The notes below the pieces were generated by a model. That model ran no database searches and was not told the DNA's origin. It saw only the letters and a program-made list of their open reading frames with translations. Source: a virus (lineage: Duplodnaviria; Heunggongvirae; Uroviricota; Caudoviricetes). From it: DNA of 32,066 nucleotides. The stretch lies in the IMG/VR virus record IMGVR_UViG_2565956714_000003; one strand, 5' to 3'. The translations under genes and the position numbers were made by a program. Shown piece after piece: positions 30,342 to 32,066 of the stretch; positions within the stretch are counted from its first letter, which is position 1; every line of letters begins with the position of its first letter.

Positions 30342-30757
30342 GTTTTGCCCTGAAACTGGCGCGTGAGATGGGGCGACCCGACTGGCGTGCCATGCTTGCC
30401 GGGATGTCATCCACGGAGTATGCCGACTGGCACCGCTTTTACAGTACCCATTATTTTCATGATGTTCTGCTGGATATGCACTTTTCCGGGCTGACGTACA
30501 CCGTGCTCAGCCTGTTTTTCAGCGATCCGGATATGCATCCGCTGGATTTCAGTCTGCTGAACCGGCGCGAGGCTGACGAAGAGCCTGAAGATGATGTGCT
30601 GATGCAGAAAGCGGCAGGGCTTGCCGGAGGTGTCCGCTTTGGCCCGGACGGGAATGAAGTTATCCCTGCTTCCCCGGATGTGGCGGACATGACGGAGGAT
30701 GACGTAATGCTGATGACAGTATCAGAAGGGATCGCAGGAGGAGTCCGGTATGGCTGA
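29919..30757 (+). CDS. T: Tail assembly chaperone G-T fusion made by programmed -1 ribosomal frameshift
   Basis: Slippery heptamer G GGA AAG (30317..30323) near the G 3' end; the -1 frame continues open to 30757 and encodes lambda gpT-like sequence (...MFDGELSFALKLAREMGRPDWRAMLAGMSSTEYADWHRFY...). Confidence 0.85.
30317..30323 (+). promoter_or_regulatory. Programmed -1 frameshift slippery sequence GGGAAAG
   Basis: Heptamer in the zero-frame context G_GGA_AAG at the G/T junction. Confidence 0.85.
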
Positions 30758-32066
30758 ACCGGTAGGCGATCTGGTCGTTGATTTGAGTCTGGATGCGGCC
30801 AGATTTGACGAGCAGATGGCCAGAGTCAGGCGTCATTTTTCCGGTACGGAAAGTGATGCGAAAAAAACAGCGGCAGTCGTTGAACAGTCGCTGAGCCGGC
30901 AGGCGCTGGCTGCACAGAAAGCGGGGATTTCCGTCGGGCAGTATAAAGCCGCCATGCGTATGCTGCCTGCACAGTTCACCGACGTGGCCACGCAGCTTGC
31001 AGGCGGGCAAAGTCCGTGGCTGATCCTGCTGCAACAGGGTGGTCAGGTTAAGGACTCCTTCGGCGGGATGATCCCCATGTTCAGGGGGCTTGCCGGTGCG
31101 ATCACCCTGCCGATGGTGGGGGCCACCTCGCTGGCGGTGGCGACCGGTGCGCTGGCGTATGCCTGGTATCAGGGCAACTCAACCCTGTCCGATTTCAACA
31201 AAACGCTGGTCCTTTCCGGCAATCAGGCGGGGCTGACGGCAGATCGTATGCTGGTCCTGTCCAGAGCCGGGCAGGCGGCAGGGCTGACGTTTAACCAGAC
31301 CAGCGAGTCACTCAGCGCACTGGTTAAGGCGGGGGTAAGCGGTGAGGCTCAGATTGCGTCCATCAGCCAGAGTGTGGCGCGTTTCTCCTCTGCATCCGGC
31401 GTGGAGGTGGACAAGGTCGCTGAAGCCTTCGGGAAGCTGACCACAGACCCGACGTCGGGGCTGACGGCGATGGCACGCCAGTTCCATAACGTGACGGCGG
31501 AGCAGATTGCGTATGTTGCTCAGTTGCAGCGTTCCGGCGATGAAGCCGGGGCATTGCAGGCGGCGAACGAGGCCGCAACGAAAGGGTTTGATGACCAGAC
31601 CCGCCGCCTGAAAGAGAACATGGGCACGCTGGAGACCTGGGCAGACAGGACAGCACGGGCATTCAAATCCATGTGGGATTCGGTGCTGGATATTGGTCGC
31701 CCGGACACTGCCCAGGGAATGCTGGAGAAAGCAGAAAAGGCTTTTGATGAGGCGGACAAAAAATGGCAGTGGTATCAGAGCCGAAGCCACCGGCGCGGTA
31801 AAACCTCAGCATTTCTTGCCAATCTCCGGGGAGCATGGGAGGACAGAGCGAATGCGCAACTTGGGCTTTCAGCCGCCACGTTGCAGGCTGATCTTGAAAA
31901 GGCCAGAGAGATGGCAGCAAAGGACTGGGCCGAGTCTGAGGCATCACGGCTGAAATATACCGAAGAGGCGCAGAAGGCTTACGAACGCCTGCAGACGCCG
32001 CTGGAGAAATATACCGCCCGTCAGGAAGAACTGAACAAGGCACTGAAAGACGGGAAAATCCTGCAG
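30750..32066 (+). CDS. H: Tail tape-measure protein H, 5' part only (truncated by window end)
   Basis: ATG at 30750 overlapping the T end; open in frame through the last base of the window; begins MAEPVGDLVVDLSLDAARFDEQMARVRRHFSGTESDAKKTAAVVEQSLSRQALAAQKAG... matching lambda gpH. Confidence 0.93.
   Translation, partial: MAEPVGDLVVDLSLDAARFDEQMARVRRHFSGTESDAKKTAAVVEQSLSRQALAAQKAGISVGQYKAAMRMLPAQFTDVATQLAGGQSPWLILLQQGGQVKDSFGGMIPMFRGLAGAITLPMVGATSLAVATGALAYAWYQGNSTLSDFNKTLVLSGNQAGLTADRMLVLSRAGQAAGLTFNQTSESLSALVKAGVSGEAQIASISQSVARFSSASGVEVDKVAEAFGKLTTDPTSGLTAMARQFHNVTAEQIAYVAQLQRSGDEAGALQAANEAATKGFDDQTRRLKENMGTLETWADRTARAFKSMWDSVLDIGRPDTAQGMLEKAEKAFDEADKKWQWYQSRSHRRGKTSAFLANLRGAWEDRANAQLGLSAATLQADLEKAREMAAKDWAESEASRLKYTEEAQKAYERLQTPLEKYTARQEELNKALKDGKILQ

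Noticed and set aside
31308-32043. Minus-strand ORFs within the H gene
   Set aside because: Same reasoning: H is open in frame from 30750 to the window end and matches lambda gpH

Overview
The whole 32 kb window is one mosaic lambdoid prophage of an E. coli-type host; neither prophage end is inside the window. Order, left to right: integrase and excisionase (minus strand, P22/DLP12-type); lambda-like early-left genes (orf61/63/60a, exo, bet, gam); a non-lambda immunity region (LexA-like cI repressor, YdaS-like Cro, YdaT-like CII-position protein, operators built on the heptamer TGGTTGT/ACAACCA, no N or rex gene seen); replication genes (O with five origin iterons inside its coding sequence, lambda-like P, ren); an AT-rich cargo island (emrE efflux pump, large serine recombinase ybcK, secreted PEBP protein ybcL, AraC regulator ybcM); a nin-type block (ylcH, ninB/ybcN, ninE, ybcO, rusA, ylcG); Q antiterminator; a porin moron (nmpC-like) on the opposite strand, split by a complete 1057-bp IS903-type element with 18-bp terminal inverted repeats and a 9-bp target duplication; a phage-21-type lysis cassette (pinholin, SAR endolysin, Rz with embedded Rz1); bor; a lambda-type cos site; and lambda-like terminase, head and tail genes Nu1-A-W-B-C/Nu3-D-E-FI-FII-Z-U-V-G/T-H, with H cut by the window end. 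No rRNA, tRNA or CRISPR array was seen. Protein identities are from recognising the translated sequences, not from a database search. I did not find a clearly new system; the best candidates for follow-up are the cargo island with its second recombinase and a 50-bp palindromic element, and the immunity region, which has a boxA-like motif but no N gene. GC differences are judged by eye, not computed.
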